A stretch of DNA of 64,000 nt from Phyllobates terribilis. Its lineage: Eukaryota. This document shows positions 23,180 to 36,150 of this stretch, piece by piece. Numbering within the stretch: position 1 is the stretch's first letter; every line of letters starts with the position of its first letter. The translations under genes were made by a program, and so were the position numbers. The notes under the pieces were generated by a model, which had not been told where the DNA came from, did no database searches, and was given only the letters and a program-made list of their open reading frames with translations. The DNA lies in NCBI RefSeq assembly GCF_046119375.1, contig NW_027362763.1:382540001-382604000 (forward strand), in the 5' to 3' direction.

Positions 23180-24387
23180 TGATGTAAGTGCTCAGCGTGG
23201 AGCGCAGGATAAATGTGAACTGATCCAAAATGTTTTATACCCCAAAATACCACCAATAAAAGCTTCTACTCAACCCACTAAGGTGCATCATCTGTTAATA
23301 GAAGTATAGGGGGTTTCCACATTCCCGGTAGCTCAAAGATTCTGGAAAAGTTACGTGGCTCCCACCAGAAGAAATCCAGCGACGTCTGGTCTCCCAAATC
23401 CAAATGCCCCTCCTCCTGAGCTTCACAGTGTGCCTTAACCACAGCTAGCGTCCACATGTTTAACATTTCTGTAGTGATGCGACCCACTTAATTTATGGGG
23501 TGTGTGTCTCCAGAAGTACAACTGAGCACAATGTATGGGCACTACAATCTACTGGTCACTACAATGGCAGATTTGCATTTTCACTTTGCAACGCCCACTG
23601 CTGCTTGTTTCTGGAAAGCACCCATGGAGTCCAAATCACTACACCATCAATACACCCAGAGGGGTGTAATTTCTAAATTGGGGTCAGTTGAGGCGGTTTC
23701 TGTCAACTAACTCTCTTTCCCTCCTGAGTCTTGCCATGTGGCCAAACAGTACTGTACAGCCACAAATGGGGTATTGCCATGTTCATAAAAATAGGTAAAA
23801 ATGACCACATCATTTGTTACACAATTTCCCCTTGTGAAAATGTAAAATCTGGGGCTAAAATAACATTTTATTGGAAAAAATGTAACTTTTCATTTTCACA
23901 GCCCAATGTTATACAATTCTGTGAAATACCTGTAGGTTTAAAATGCTGACTACTCCTCTGGAGGAATTCTTCGAGAGGTGTAGTTTCCAAAATGGGGTCT
24001 CTTGTGGGGGTTTCTGCTGTTTTGGCATGTCAGGGGCTCTTAAAATGTGACATGGCATCTGCATTCTATTCCAGATAAAATTGCGCTCCAGAATTCAATT
24101 TCTGCTGTTTTGGAACCTCAGCAGCTCTTCAATTGCGACATGGCTTTGGCAATCTATTCCACACAACTTCGCACTCCTAAAATCAAATGGCGCTCCTTCC
24201 CTTCCAAGCCCTGCCATGCGCACAAACAAGTGTTTGACCACATATGAGGTATCCCTGTACTCAGGAGAAGTTGCACAATAAATTATGTGGTCCATTTTCT
24301 CCTGTTACCTTTGTGAAAATGGAAAATTTGAGGCTAAAACAACATTTCTGGGGTTAACACATGATTTTTATTTTTCACTGTCCAATG
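23180..24387. repeat. AT-rich anuran interspersed repeat with internal sub-repeats; host of the L1 insertion, continuing at 33039-33830
   Basis: The same sub-repeat motifs (TAGTTTCCAAAATGGGGTC..., GTACTCAGGAGAAATTG...) occur at 6.9-8.2, 33.1-33.8 and 44.3-45.0 kb. The sequence reads through once the L1 is removed. Confidence 0.7.
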
Positions 24388-26989
24388 TTTTTTTTTTTTT
24401 TATTTTTAAACATAATTTTTATTTGGATTTTCAGAAAAGAAAAAACATATAAAGACCTATGAACAGAGCCAAAATGAATATTAATCAAGAGCCTGTACGC
24501 AGATCAGGCACAATGTAAAATCAATAAATTGTGATTAACTGGCATAACAAACAAAGATTAAGTATTAACAACTTAAAGTCATCATTGTCAGGAAAAGGAA
24601 TTAAGTAAATATAAGTAATTCGTACTGATTATCTCCCATGTTTTAGTTTACGCGTAATAGTCCTAAGTTGTTGTTTAGATCCTCTAGAATATACCATTCT
24701 GTAGAGGTAAATGGTTCAACAATTTTATTTTTTTCAGTCCGAGAGCAACACGTTATAATAAACTGTTTCCATTTTGATAAAAATTTGCCAGCCTGTTGAT
24801 CCTTGTTACTGGGGGCATCTAGTTGTTCTACTCCCATAAAGTGTTTCAGTTGGATCATCAGCTCTGCTGTGGGGGGAATGTTGGTGTCTAGCCAATGTTT
24901 GAATATCTGTTTTTTGCCAGGAAGAGTAGAGTATGGAGCAGATTTAGGGGGGCCTTTTTGTTTTTTTGTAGGGGTTCTCTGGGTTACTCCAATAATGTAG
25001 TAGGGCTAAGTATGGAGAGAGGGTATACCCTGGACCCCATATAGTATGAATCAAATCTGAAACCTGATCCCAATATGCTGTTGAATCGGTGCAGGACCAT
25101 AGGCCATGCATAAGGTCAGAGTGTGGATGATGACACTTAGGGCATGCAATTAGTCTATTTGATAATGGATCTTTTTTCGGTATATTAAAGGCATAAATGG
25201 CCCCGTGTATGATTTTATATTGAGTTTCTCTCCATGTTTCATTTATAATGTATTTTCTAAATAACTTCCAGCCTAATCTGATCTTAGTGGGAATTTCAAC
25301 GTCTTCCAATTGTTTCTTCCAATATTTAAAGAAAATGTCAGGGTGTATCTTTAACAAATTGGATTTCATAACTGAGTAAAGATTAGATATTGAGGGGGTG
25401 CCTGTTGGGGATAGTAGAATGACGTCCAATTCTTTTTGGGAGGTCTCGAAAGTGACATCCCTTAAATTTGACATAATGGAAAGTCTAATTTGTTCATATT
25501 GAAAGCCATGTTGGAGAGGTAGATCATACTTATCCATATACTCTGGGTACGTCAACCATCTCTGATCGGTTGGGTGAAGTAGGTGAGATATGTTATGTAT
25601 ACCTGCTTGCTGCCATTTAAAAATAATTTGTTTTCAATGCCCTGTGGAAATTCTGGATTCCGCCATAGCGGCAGGTGCTTAGAAATTCTGAAACAGAGGC
25701 CATATTTCTTCCTAACCGCTTTCCAAGCGGAAATGGTGTCTTTAAAAGTTACAGATTTTTTGATTGCTAGGGGTAGGGAAGTATAGCGAGAGTGTAGAAG
25801 TGCAGTTAAATTGAAGGGGTAAGCATAATCTGATTCCAAAGAGTAATCAGAGTATGTATGTCTTTTTTGTGGAGCCAGTCAATTATGTAGCGAAAGAGGC
25901 AGGCAAGGTTATAGTTCCTGATGCTTGGAAAATTGATGCCACCATCGTCTTTGAATGACATAAGTTTGTCTAGGTTAATCCTAGGACGTTTTCCTCTCCA
26001 TATAAAATGACTGAAGGCCCTGTTGAGTGTAGTCACATCAGAGTGTTTCAGTAGCAGTGGTAGAGTTTGGAGTTGATACATAATTTTAGACGCACTGATC
26101 ATCTTGACAAAATGTGCCCTGCCTAAAAAAGACAAGGGCAAATCCTGCCATGACTTCAATTGATTAGTATTTTTTTTGATGAGGGGGGATAATTTAACGT
26201 GTACAAAGAGGATGGCAAGCGACCTATTTTTATGCCCAAATACTTGATATGAGAAGGAGCTATAATAATATCGTTAAAATATCCTTTTGGGTAAAGTTTT
26301 ATTCCTTTTTCAGTTAATGGTAGTAATTCGCATTTTTTAGCATTTATTTTAAACCCAGAGTAAGTACCAAAATTTTTAAGTAAATCCAATACTAGAGGTA
26401 AATGCAGGATGGGATCCGACATAAACAGAATATCATCTGCAAAAAATGCCGCCTGAATTGATTGCTTAGTAAATTGGATGCCTGAAAAAGTTTTAGGGTC
26501 CTATAGAGTATGAACTAAGGGTTCTAGTGTTAGGTTAAAAAGTAGGGGGGACAAAGGACACCCTTGTCTCGTTCCCTTTTCAAGAGGAGTGGATAGAAAA
26601 CCCGGGGTATACACCTGAGCTTTTGGAGACATGTATAAACTACGTATATAATTAAAAAAGGGGCCAGACAATGACATCTTGGTTAAGACCTTATACAACC
26701 AATCCCAGCTAATGTTATCAAAGGCCTTTTCGGCGTCTAGGGAGACAATCGCCAGGGAATCTTTTAATTTAGGTGTAGAGTGGATTTTATCTAGCGCCAA
26801 CAGTACTTTCCTAATATTTAGCGTGGCTGAGCGTCCCTTAACAATGCCTGCTTGTACAGGAGATATAAGGTGGGGTAGAATAGAGGCCAGTCTGTCAGCC
26901 ATTATTTTAGACCAGAGGTCCCCAACCGCCGGTCCGCGGACCAGGACCGGGCCGTTGGGGTTTTTCAGCTGGTCCGCGGCGCCGCTGAC

Positions 26990-28479
26990 CAGGGCCGGCG
27001 TCAGCACCCGGGCAAATGCCGGGGCTCTGAGCAGGCAGAGGGGCCCACTGGCGGTCGCGCACCCCGCTGGGCTATGGGCGGAGGAGAGCGGTGTCAGCGC
27101 CCGCCCTTCTCTGCCGCTTGCTCAGGGCCCCGGCAGCCCGATACTTACCTCTCCCCGTGCCTCCGCAGATCAGCTGTCTTCCTGCTCTGCGCTCCCTGTG
27201 ACGTCTCAGGTCAGAGGGCGCGGTGACGTCTTTACACCGCGCCCTCCCCTGAGCCGTCACAGGGAGCGCAGAGCGGGAAGACGCCGACAACACTGGAGTC
27301 CGGACCCGAGCAGCGGACAGCGGGCAGCGGGCGGCAGGTAGCAGGTAGCAGGTGAGGAGAAGGGAGGTGAGTATTTGATTTTTTTTTTTTTTTTTTTTTT
27401 TTAATGTATGGAGGCATGGGGCAGTATAAAGAGGGGAGGGGGGGCATCCTGCTTGGGGCATTATAAAGAGGAGGGGTGACAGCCTGCATGGGGCATTATA
27501 AGGTGGGGGATTCCTGCTTGGGGCATTATAATGAGGAGGGGTGACAGCCTGCATGGGGCATTATAAGGTGGGGACCAGCCTGCATGGGGCATTATAAGGT
27601 GGGGAACAGCCTGCACGGGGCATTATAAAGAGAGGGGGGGACATCCTGCATGGGGCAGTATAAAGAGGAGGGGTGACAGCCTGCATGGAGCATTATAAAG
27701 AGGAGGGGTGACAGCCTGCATGGAGCATTATAAAGAGGAGGGGTGACAGCCTGCATGGGGCATTATAAAGAGGGGGGGTGACAGCCTGCATGGGGCAGTA
27801 TAAAGAGGAGGGGTGACAGCCTGCATGGGGCATTATAAAGAGGGGGGGCAGCCTGTATGGGGCATTATGTGGGGGGTAACAGCCTGCATGGAGCATTAAA
27901 AGGGGGGGGCCTGTATGGGGCATTATGTGGGGGGGGAACAGCCTGCATGGAGCATTATAAGGGGGGGGGCAGCCTGTATGGGGCATTATGTGGGGGTAAC
28001 AGCCTGCATGGAGCATTATAAGGGGGGGACAGCCTGTATGGGGCATTATGTGGGGGGTAACAGCCTGCATGCAGCATTATATGGGGACCGGTATCCTGTA
28101 TGGAGCGTTATATGGGGGCCAGTATCCTGTATGGAGCGTTATATGGGGGCCAGTATCCTGTATGGAGCCTTATATGGGAGCCAGTATTCCGTATGGGGTC
28201 TTATATGGGGGCCAGTATTCCGTATGGGGCCTTATATGGGGGCAAGTATTCCGTATGGAGCCTTATATGGGGGCCACTATTCTGTGTGGAGCGATTCACC
28301 GGTTTCTGAGCTATTGTAGAATTTACAATAGATATCACTCATGAAGTGAAATCTTTGCATTGTACTATATATATATATATTTCTCCGCCGTATCTCTGCA
28401 TCATGAATCGTGGTATGTTTTAAAGGGGCCCACTGAGACTCTTTCGCCCGGGGCCCAGAAAAACCTGGAGCCGGCCCTG
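26990..28479. mobile_element. Second hAT-type element nested inside the first
   Basis: TIR CAGGGCCGGC and perfect 8-bp TSD CCGCTGAC (26982-26989, 28480-28487). Confidence 0.92.
27400..28280. repeat. G-rich ~30-35-bp minisatellite inside the inner hAT element
   Basis: Repeats of CAGCCTGCATGGGGCATTATAAAGAGGAGGGGTGA and related variants. Confidence 0.85.
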
Positions 28480-31045
28480 CCGCTGACAGCTAGCTCCGCG
28501 GCCCTGCGCCTGGTCAGAACTCGCTCTGTGTGGATTTATAATGTTTTCTGCCATAGCCGTGACAGCTCGCAGCTCCCGGCAGAGAACATTATGCAGGACG
28601 GGGTGGGGCGTCGGGCGGGTCTTAGTGACGCAGCCCTCCACAGCACAGCATGGTACCTGTTGTACGTCACGGGGCGGGTCTTAGTGACGCGGCCCTCCTG
28701 CACAGCATGGTGTGTTCCTGACGGGGTGGGGCGGCAGGCTCTCCTCACTGACACGCCCCCGGCAGAACATGTTATGTGGGGCGTGCTGGGGCAGCAGACT
28801 GGCTTCAGTGACGCGGCTCCCGGTACCGGTGTTCAGTGTGTAGCGCTGCTAAGCAGCAGCGCTGTATACACTGAGGCTCAATGTACAATGCTGCTACTTA
28901 GCAGCGCTGTACACCGAGGTCCCGCCAGCATCCTCCCCATACAGCTCCACCCCTCCATAACCCCACCCCCATATGACCAAAGCCCCGCCCCCACCCCCAC
29001 CGGGCCATGGAAAACTGGTCTTGCTTAAAGCCGGTCCCTGGTGCAAAAAAGGTTGGGGACCTCTGTTTTAGACGATAGCTTGATGTCGATATTTATAAGG
29101 GAAATCGGTCTGTATGAATTGGGGGATAATGGATCTTTGCCTGTTTTTAGTAATAATTTGATATAAGAAACATTTGCGGAAGGGAAAATGGGATCGCCAT
29201 TAGTTATTTTGTTAAAGATCGATACTAATAACGGGGAAACCTCTTCCCTTAAGGATTTAAAGAAATCAGAAGTGTATCCATCAGGTCCAGGGGCTTTGTT
29301 TGGTTTTAAATTTCTAATTGTATTAGTAATCTCTTCCAATGAGGTTTATTTAATATCGATTTGTGTTCTTCTGAAAATAAAGGTAATTTGACCCTATCTA
29401 AGAGTGTATTGGAGAGGGGCAAGGCTTGTTTTGGATTTTTATATAAGTCCTTATAAAATGAGCCTAGGATCTCATTAATTGATTTAGGATTTGTGTGAAT
29501 TACTCCGTTGGAATTTCTTAATTGGAAAATTCCCTGTAGCTTTTTCAGACCTTTAGCTAAATTGGCCATCATCCTCCCTGATTTGTTCCAAACCTATAAA
29601 AATATGCTTCTGTTTGAGATATGTGGAATTTTTATCTCATATCTGCGTAGTGGTTGAATTCAGACTGTTTTTGAGACCATTGTGTTTTATTTAAAGGGGA
29701 AGGGTCAAGAAGAAATGTAGTGTAGTCTTGTTTCAGTTCAGAGGACAGTTCACTATACTTTTTCATATTTTTTTTTTATGAGAAAACGTATATGCCAAAA
29801 TTTTCCCCCTTAAGTACCGCCTTGGCCGATTCCCATAGCGATGTGGGGTCATCTTGGTGTGCCGAATTGTCAGACAAGAATTCTTGCCACCATAATTTGA
29901 GAGAGGAAATAAATGAATTGTCTTTGCAAAAATAATCTGGAAATTTCCATAAAAAAATCAGGGCCCCGAGGGAATTTCTTTGATAGTTCCAAACTTACTG
30001 GAGCATGGTCTGAAATAACAATGTTATCAATGTGTACAGTTATCAATTTAGCCAACAGAGAAGGAGAGACAAGAATATAGTCGATACGAGACCAAGAGTC
30101 ATTGGCGTGTGAGAAATGTGTAAATTCTCTATTACTAGGGTTCAGGAACCTCCATGAATCCATTAAATGGCAGGTAGCCATAAGAGGTGCTAGCGCTTTG
30201 TCATGCGAGGTTATTGATTGCTTAGTACCAGCAGTGTTTTTCCTATCCTCGTTCACTGAAACCACCGAATTAAAATCTCCGCCTACTATTTTGTTAGGAT
30301 TGGAGTCAAGCAAAAGTCTAGTCTCCAATTGTTTGAAAAAGGATTTGTTTTCTATATTAGGGACATATACATTATAGATGAAGGTTCCACAAGATGTAGT
30401 TAATGTTAATTGTATCAACCTTCCCTCTCCATCTTGTTGCTGGCTTATGATCTGGTGTATAAATTGTTTATTAATAAGGATTAAGACTCCAGCCTTTCTA
30501 TCCACGGACGATGAGCCATAGACACCACCCACCCATAATTTTACCGGACGCAGATTTCCCCCGGATGAAAAATGTGTTTCCTGAAGGAGGGCTATATCTA
30601 TCGGGCTTTAAACGTTTTAAATGTCTAAGGACTTTCATTCGTTTTTGGGGAGACCTCAGACCTTTAACAACATTCCATGACACTATAAACATATTCAGAG
30701 ACTGTAGAGATAAACATGCCTGGTGAAATACTTACAAGACAATGATGACATGTAATTAGATTATCTACTAAGGAGCAATGCTCGAACATGTGTAACAAAT
30801 TTAAGTAACAATAAAGCAAATTTTTAAAAACTGACCTAGCAAGAGCGAAGACAATTTGTATCTGCTCGTTAGGAAAAAAAACTTTCCCCTGGGCTTCACT
30901 TCTACCCGACCATGTGTGTAACATTACAAATTACAAATTAACCCCCTTTTACGAAGTTGTTTTTTTATCAGAATTTTTCTTCCTTTTGATCCCTTGTTGA
31001 ATCCATTCTTCCCTCCCACCACAATTATGGAAAAAATAAATAACT

Positions 31046-31988
31046 TTAGTCAAAGGTGTAAAAGTCTGAGAGGGGAGACGGTCGGAAGCAGTTGCCTTCA
31101 TATATACCTTTACTCCGGCGTCTCCAGGTGTATAAAAGGAGAAACTCATTGAATAAACATTTGTTATAGCTCTTGTCTCCTCTGTCTCCTCGCCTCATAG
31201 ATCCCTTAGGGGACCGTGAGCGAGAAGGCGTTACCTCTTGGTGGATCTGTTCAGGGTTAGCGCTTGAGCACAGGAGATTATTGACAAATGAATCCGCTTT
31301 ATCAGGTGAAGTAAATTCTCGGAAAGAGCTATCTGTGTCCTTCAAGTGTAGAGTAGCCGGGTAGCGGAGTTGAAAGCTAATTTTTTCTTTGTGCAGTCTG
31401 GTGCATATAGAGCTTAAGGACTTCCTTTTCCTGGTTACTTCGATGGAGTAGTCTTCGAAAGGCAAGATTTTATGACCTTGAATGATCAATGGGTGGTTTA
31501 GTTGTTTCTATGCTCGGATAATGTCCACTTTATCATTGAAGTCCTGAAATTTCATGATGACCTGTCTTGGTCTGATTTGTATTATGGGCTCCAAATATTT
31601 TGGAATGGTCCTCTTTTGAATCATCCTCGATGTTCGATATTGTGATTCTAATTCTAAGCTGTTCGGCTTGTTCATCTTGTCTGGTTTGTAGATCCAGCAA
31701 GGCAGTGTTTAGTGTGGATTGTATTATGGATTTGATTTCCGGTAATAGCCTAGCCGTGACCTCAGCCGCTAGTTCTGAAGGGTCCATTTGTGTCTCCCCT
31801 TTCTTTGAAGTACAAATGCGGGGTGTTTTGGCGGGTTGACGTAAATCTTCTCCACCCTCAGATTGGGCAGTATGTTCCTCTTGGTCAAAAGTAAGAGCCA
31901 TAGTATGAAGATTTGAGGAGTCAGAGTGGTTGGAAAAGGAAGATTGTTTTTGTCCGCTACGGAGAAGGTAGCGGTCAATATAGGCCAA
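31046..31988 (-). pseudogene. L1 ORF1, split across frames and probably internally deleted
   Basis: MAYIDRYL... with a coiled-coil segment, then FEDYSIEVTRKRK...LRYPATL (L1 ORF1 C-terminal domain). Confidence 0.8.
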
Positions 31989-33837
31989 TGATATTGTTTG
32001 AAGATGGCCTTCAGCTGTGTGTAAATTTCAAAGAATTGCTGAGCTGCAGGAATCAAGAATCAGGAGCCTGGAGTAGATGAATAGGGAGGGTGAACATGAG
32101 CGGTTAATCAGAGTTCACATGGTTGGCGCCTGAACCAGAAGACTCTTAGATTCATAGTTCTTAGATTGTAACTACTACATGATAAGAAATGAAGAAGTCA
32201 CTAGAGCAGATTATCTATTGACCAATAATAGACTGGATATGTGGGGCCAAAGCTGGTTATTAGATGGCCATGGAGTGTTGGATGATCTCACAAGAGTAGT
32301 GATTGAACAATGGTTGTAATAAATTGAGGCTGAAATGTCCTTGTGGACCCCAAGATGGCGTTGAAGTAAATAGTGAAAAATAGCTGTTATATTACAAATG
32401 TCCACTGGATGGAGTTTAGATGTACCACAGGGACAGTGAAGGTGAACGGTGAAGCGTGCTCAGAAATCAGCAATGGAGGATGGTTACTTGGTGTTCAACA
32501 CACTTCTATATAACTCCACTGATGTGAGAGATGTCACTGTAATGATCAGAGTTCCATAAAGGAGTATTCACAGGGTTTTGGCACACTACTTGGGCCAGAA
32601 TCAAGGCACACTGACAGCTTCAAAGCTCTCTGTTGCTCTGCCTCACTGGCGATATTAAATCTTCAGAGAGAGATGGGCCATAGATTGGTCCCCAGCTCCT
32701 CTCCACTCCACCTCCGCAGGATCGACACAGAACCCAGGACCAGCGGCGCCCTCACCCCTGCACCACATACAGTCCAAGGGAAAGCCCCGCCGCGCCGCAA
32801 GACTCCACAGGGGACGCGGCGCACTCCACACCTGCCGCCCCGCCGTTTCCGGTCCACCAGGGAGGAGGAGGTGAGTGTCCCCTTAGAAGTTTCCAGGGGG
32901 TGCCGTTCCAAAGCACTTACCCCTGGCTAGTAGAGTCTCCTGTCGGGGGGAGTGGAGCAGGAGCGGAGGCAGGATCCGGGGATGCGTCTCCTCGTGTCCA
33001 AGATGGCGGCCACTCACGATCCAGGACCCTGTCCTCCCCACTGTCCAATGTTTTTTAATATTTCGTGAAACACCTGATCAAGATGCTCACCGCACATCTA
33101 AATAAATTCCTTGAGTGTTGTAATTTCGAAAATGGTGTCACTTGTTTCCTCTGTTTAGGCATATCAGGGGCTTTCCAAACACAACATGGCGTTGGCTGTC
33201 TATTACACTATTACAGCTAATTTTGCAATCGAAAGTCAAATGGCGCTCATTCACTTCTGAGCCCTGCCTTGTGCCCAAACAGTAGTTTTCCATCACATAT
33301 GTGGTATCGGCGTGCTCAGGAGAAATTACACAACAAATTGGGTGGTCCATTTTCTCATATTACCTTTTGTGAAAATGCAAAATTTGGGGCTAAAGCAACA
33401 TTTTTATGGGAAAAAGTTACATTTTCATTTTTTCCTTCCACATTGTTTTAATTCCTGCGATGCACCAAAAGGGTTGATAAACTTCTTGAATGTGGTTTTG
33501 AGCTCCTTGAGGGATGCATTTTTTAAAATGGTGACACTTTTGGGTATTTTCTGTCACAAAGGCCTCTCAAAGTCACTTCAAATGTGATGTGGTCCATAAA
33601 GAAAAAAAGTTTTGTAAATCTTGTTGGAAAAATTAGAAATTGCTTAACTTTTAAGCCTTCTAACGCCCTAACAAAAGTTGTTTAAAAAAAGGATATAGAT
33701 GTAAAGTAGACATGTGGGAAATGTTATTTATTAACTATTTTGTGTGACGTAACTCTGTTTTAAGGAAATAATTCAAAGTTTAAAAAATGTGAACACTTTT
33801 TTTTAATTTTCATATATTTTTGGCGATATGACTTTAC

Positions 33838-34000
33838 TTGTAGATTGTGAGCCCTCACGGGCAGGGTCCTCTATCCTCCTGTACCAGTCGCTGACTTGTA
33901 TTGTTCAAGATTATTGTAATTGTTTTTGCTATGTATACCTCTTTCACATGTAAAGCATCATGGAATAAATGGCGCTATATTAATAATAGTGATAATTATT
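33838..34000 (+). mobile_element. L2-type LINE/SINE 3' tail
   Basis: TAGATTGTGAGCCC...TGTAAAGCA...GGAATAAATGGCGCTATA followed by an AAT-rich tail. Confidence 0.6.
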
Positions 34001-35732
34001 AACATGAAGTCACGAAAAATCAACCTTAAAATAACTGGGATGTGTTGAAGCGTTGCAGAGTTATTACTACATAAAGTGACACTAGTAAGATTTTAAAAAT
34101 GAGGCTTGGTCATTAACCCCTTGACTACCTTTGATGTGGTGTAGACTCTCATGCCCAGCCCACGTCATGCCCTCCACTTGATGAGTGATTTAATCAGCCA
34201 ACAAGTACTTCTAACAGGTGGAGCGGTGCTGCTCTGGTGTCTGTTAACCAGTTAAATCCCGATGTCAATCACTGACAATGGAATTTAACATGCGCTAGCT
34301 GGAAATGCGTCACAATTCCATTGGCGCTCCTGTCACGTAATCGCGGGGCGCCGATGGGTTGTCATGACGGCCAGGGTTCTACAGAAGACCCCCGTGCCTG
34401 TTATCACGATACCCCTGTGAACACCGGTTCATGGCTGACATTCATAGATTGTCATTTCTGCTATGTATAGCACAGGTAATCAGAAGATTATACCTTCAAG
34501 TCTCCTAAGGGACACGAAAAGATACACAAAAGTTGAAATCACCCCCACTGAAAATTAAAACAATTTTAAAAAAATACATATTTGGTAATGCTTTGTTCAG
34601 AAATGTCCGAACTATAAAAACGATTAATCTCCTCAGTAAACGGCATAACAAGAATAAATCAAAATGCCAGAATTACTATTTTTTTGGCCACCACAAAATT
34701 GCAGCAAGAGGTGAACAAAACAACATTTACCCCAAAATGATATAAATAAAAACGTCACATCAGGGCGCAAAAAAATAACCCCTCACCCAGTCCCAATTCC
34801 TGAAAAATGGAAATGCTGCAAGTCTTTAAAAAAAACAACAAATTTGCGAGTTTTTTTTTTTCTCCACCAAAAAAAAAAAGAAAAAAAAGTTATACACGTT
34901 TGGTATCTTTGAACTCATACTGACATCGGGAATCATGATGGCAGGTCAGTTTTACAGTATAGTCAATATGGCGAATAAAAAAACCCCCCAAAACAATTGT
35001 GGAATTGCACTTTTTTTTTTCGCATTTTCAACGAACTTGGAATTTTTGCCCATTTTCCAGTAGACCATATGGTAAACTGAATGGTGTTATTCAAAAGTAC
35101 AACTCGGCCCACAAAAAAACAAGCCTTCATATCGCTATGTGGCCAGAAAAATAAAAAAGTTATGGCTCTTGGAAAAAGGGGAGGAAAAAAACAAAAAAAT
35201 CCCCCGTAAAATTGCCGGGTAAGGGTGATCATACAAAGCGGCCCTTAAGGGTTTGAAGGGGTTTTGCAGTTCTAATTTTTTTTTCTTCTTCATAGGCCTG
35301 CTATGTGCTCAAATAATAGAGATGTTACCTGCTCTCCCCAGTGTTCAGCTCTGTCTCTCCACCGCTACCTTGACATATGCTACAGTGCACATGATCATTA
35401 CAGCTAATCACGGTGCTCAGCTGCTTCTGCCATCTACACTGGTAAGGCCGCTGATCTCAGTGATTGCCTGCAGCAGTGAAGTGCACTGTAGTTGGGATGT
35501 AACCGCTGCTGTCAGTGAACTAAGGCCATGTGGCAGAGAGGCAGCGCTGGACCCAGGGAGATCGAGTAACATATCCTTTTATTATTTTAACCAAACTTTA
35601 AGTTCATCAATTAAAAATAAAAAAAAAGGAGTGAGTGTGCCCAGCGGGACACTTCAAAACAAGTTGAAACCTCCTTTGCACTGTAAGAAGCCTACAGAAA
35701 TTGCTATAATGTGCCATATTGTTGGTTTGCAG

Positions 35733-35836
35733 TTTTGAAGACCATCGAGAACCTTGGTGTGAGTTATGTGAAGGGTTCACCAGAATACAATGCTAAGCTG
35801 GAGGCCGAACTAAGAAAGCTCAAGTTTTCCTACTCT
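35733..35836 (+). CDS. PRIM2: PRIM2 second coding exon
   Basis: (L)[34 protein letters not shown]; 104 nt; TTGCAG acceptor and GTAAGT donor; phases match the neighbouring exons. Confidence 0.95.
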
Positions 35837-35942
35837 GTAAGTGTGTGTGTCCACTTATATTCAGAAGCCCCTCTACATTATTACACATAGGAATCTAGCA
35901 TTATGTATTTTAATAAGTGTTTTCTATATTTAATATCTGCAG

Positions 35943-36034
35943 GCCTCAAAGGATGAAATGAGTGATAAAGTATACGACGAGCGAAGAAAAGATCACATCT
36001 CTCACTTTATATTGCGTCTTGCGTACTGCCAGTC
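35943..36034 (+). CDS. PRIM2: PRIM2 third coding exon
   Basis: [30 protein letters not shown](S); 92 nt; CTGCAG acceptor and GTAAGT donor; follows a 106-nt intron. Confidence 0.95.
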
Positions 36035-36150
36035 GTAAGTGAATAATTTATTTCCAGTACTAATGATTGTTGAAACAATTTTCTTATGTTTGCAGTTTTT
36101 AAAAATTGTTCTGCTGATTTAGAAGGAGGATCTGTAGGCGGGGTACATGT

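Larger units (their letters stand above)
26913..29065. mobile_element. Non-autonomous hAT element inserted in the L1 RT domain
   Basis: Perfect 15-bp TIR CAGAGGTCCCCAACC and perfect 8-bp TSD TTTTAGAC (26905-26912, 29066-29073). Removing it restores IDIKLSSKIMADRL. Confidence 0.93.
24640..30692 (-). pseudogene. L1 ORF2 (APE endonuclease, RT, Cys-rich), frameshifted and interrupted by a hAT insertion
   Basis: SWNV.KGLRSP, VGGDFNSV, WSRIDYILVS, SDHAP, KAPGPDG, YRPISLIN.D.K, SLDAEKAFD, GTRQGCPLSPLLF, YLGI, ACPKC...H.LWSC appear in successive frames. Confidence 0.9.
24388..33038 (-). mobile_element. Full-length L1-clade LINE with poly(A) tail and target-site duplication
   Basis: TSD CACTGTCCAATG(TTTTTT) at 24376-24387 and 33039-33056. 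The minus-strand target reads TT/AAAA. Poly(A) at 24388-24401, then ORF2, ORF1 and a ~1-kb 5' UTR whose first ~350 bp are GC-rich. Confidence 0.92.

Noticed and set aside
26679-28344. 100-220-aa ORFs on both strands
   Set aside because: They span TE junctions and a minisatellite and contain no transposase motifs.
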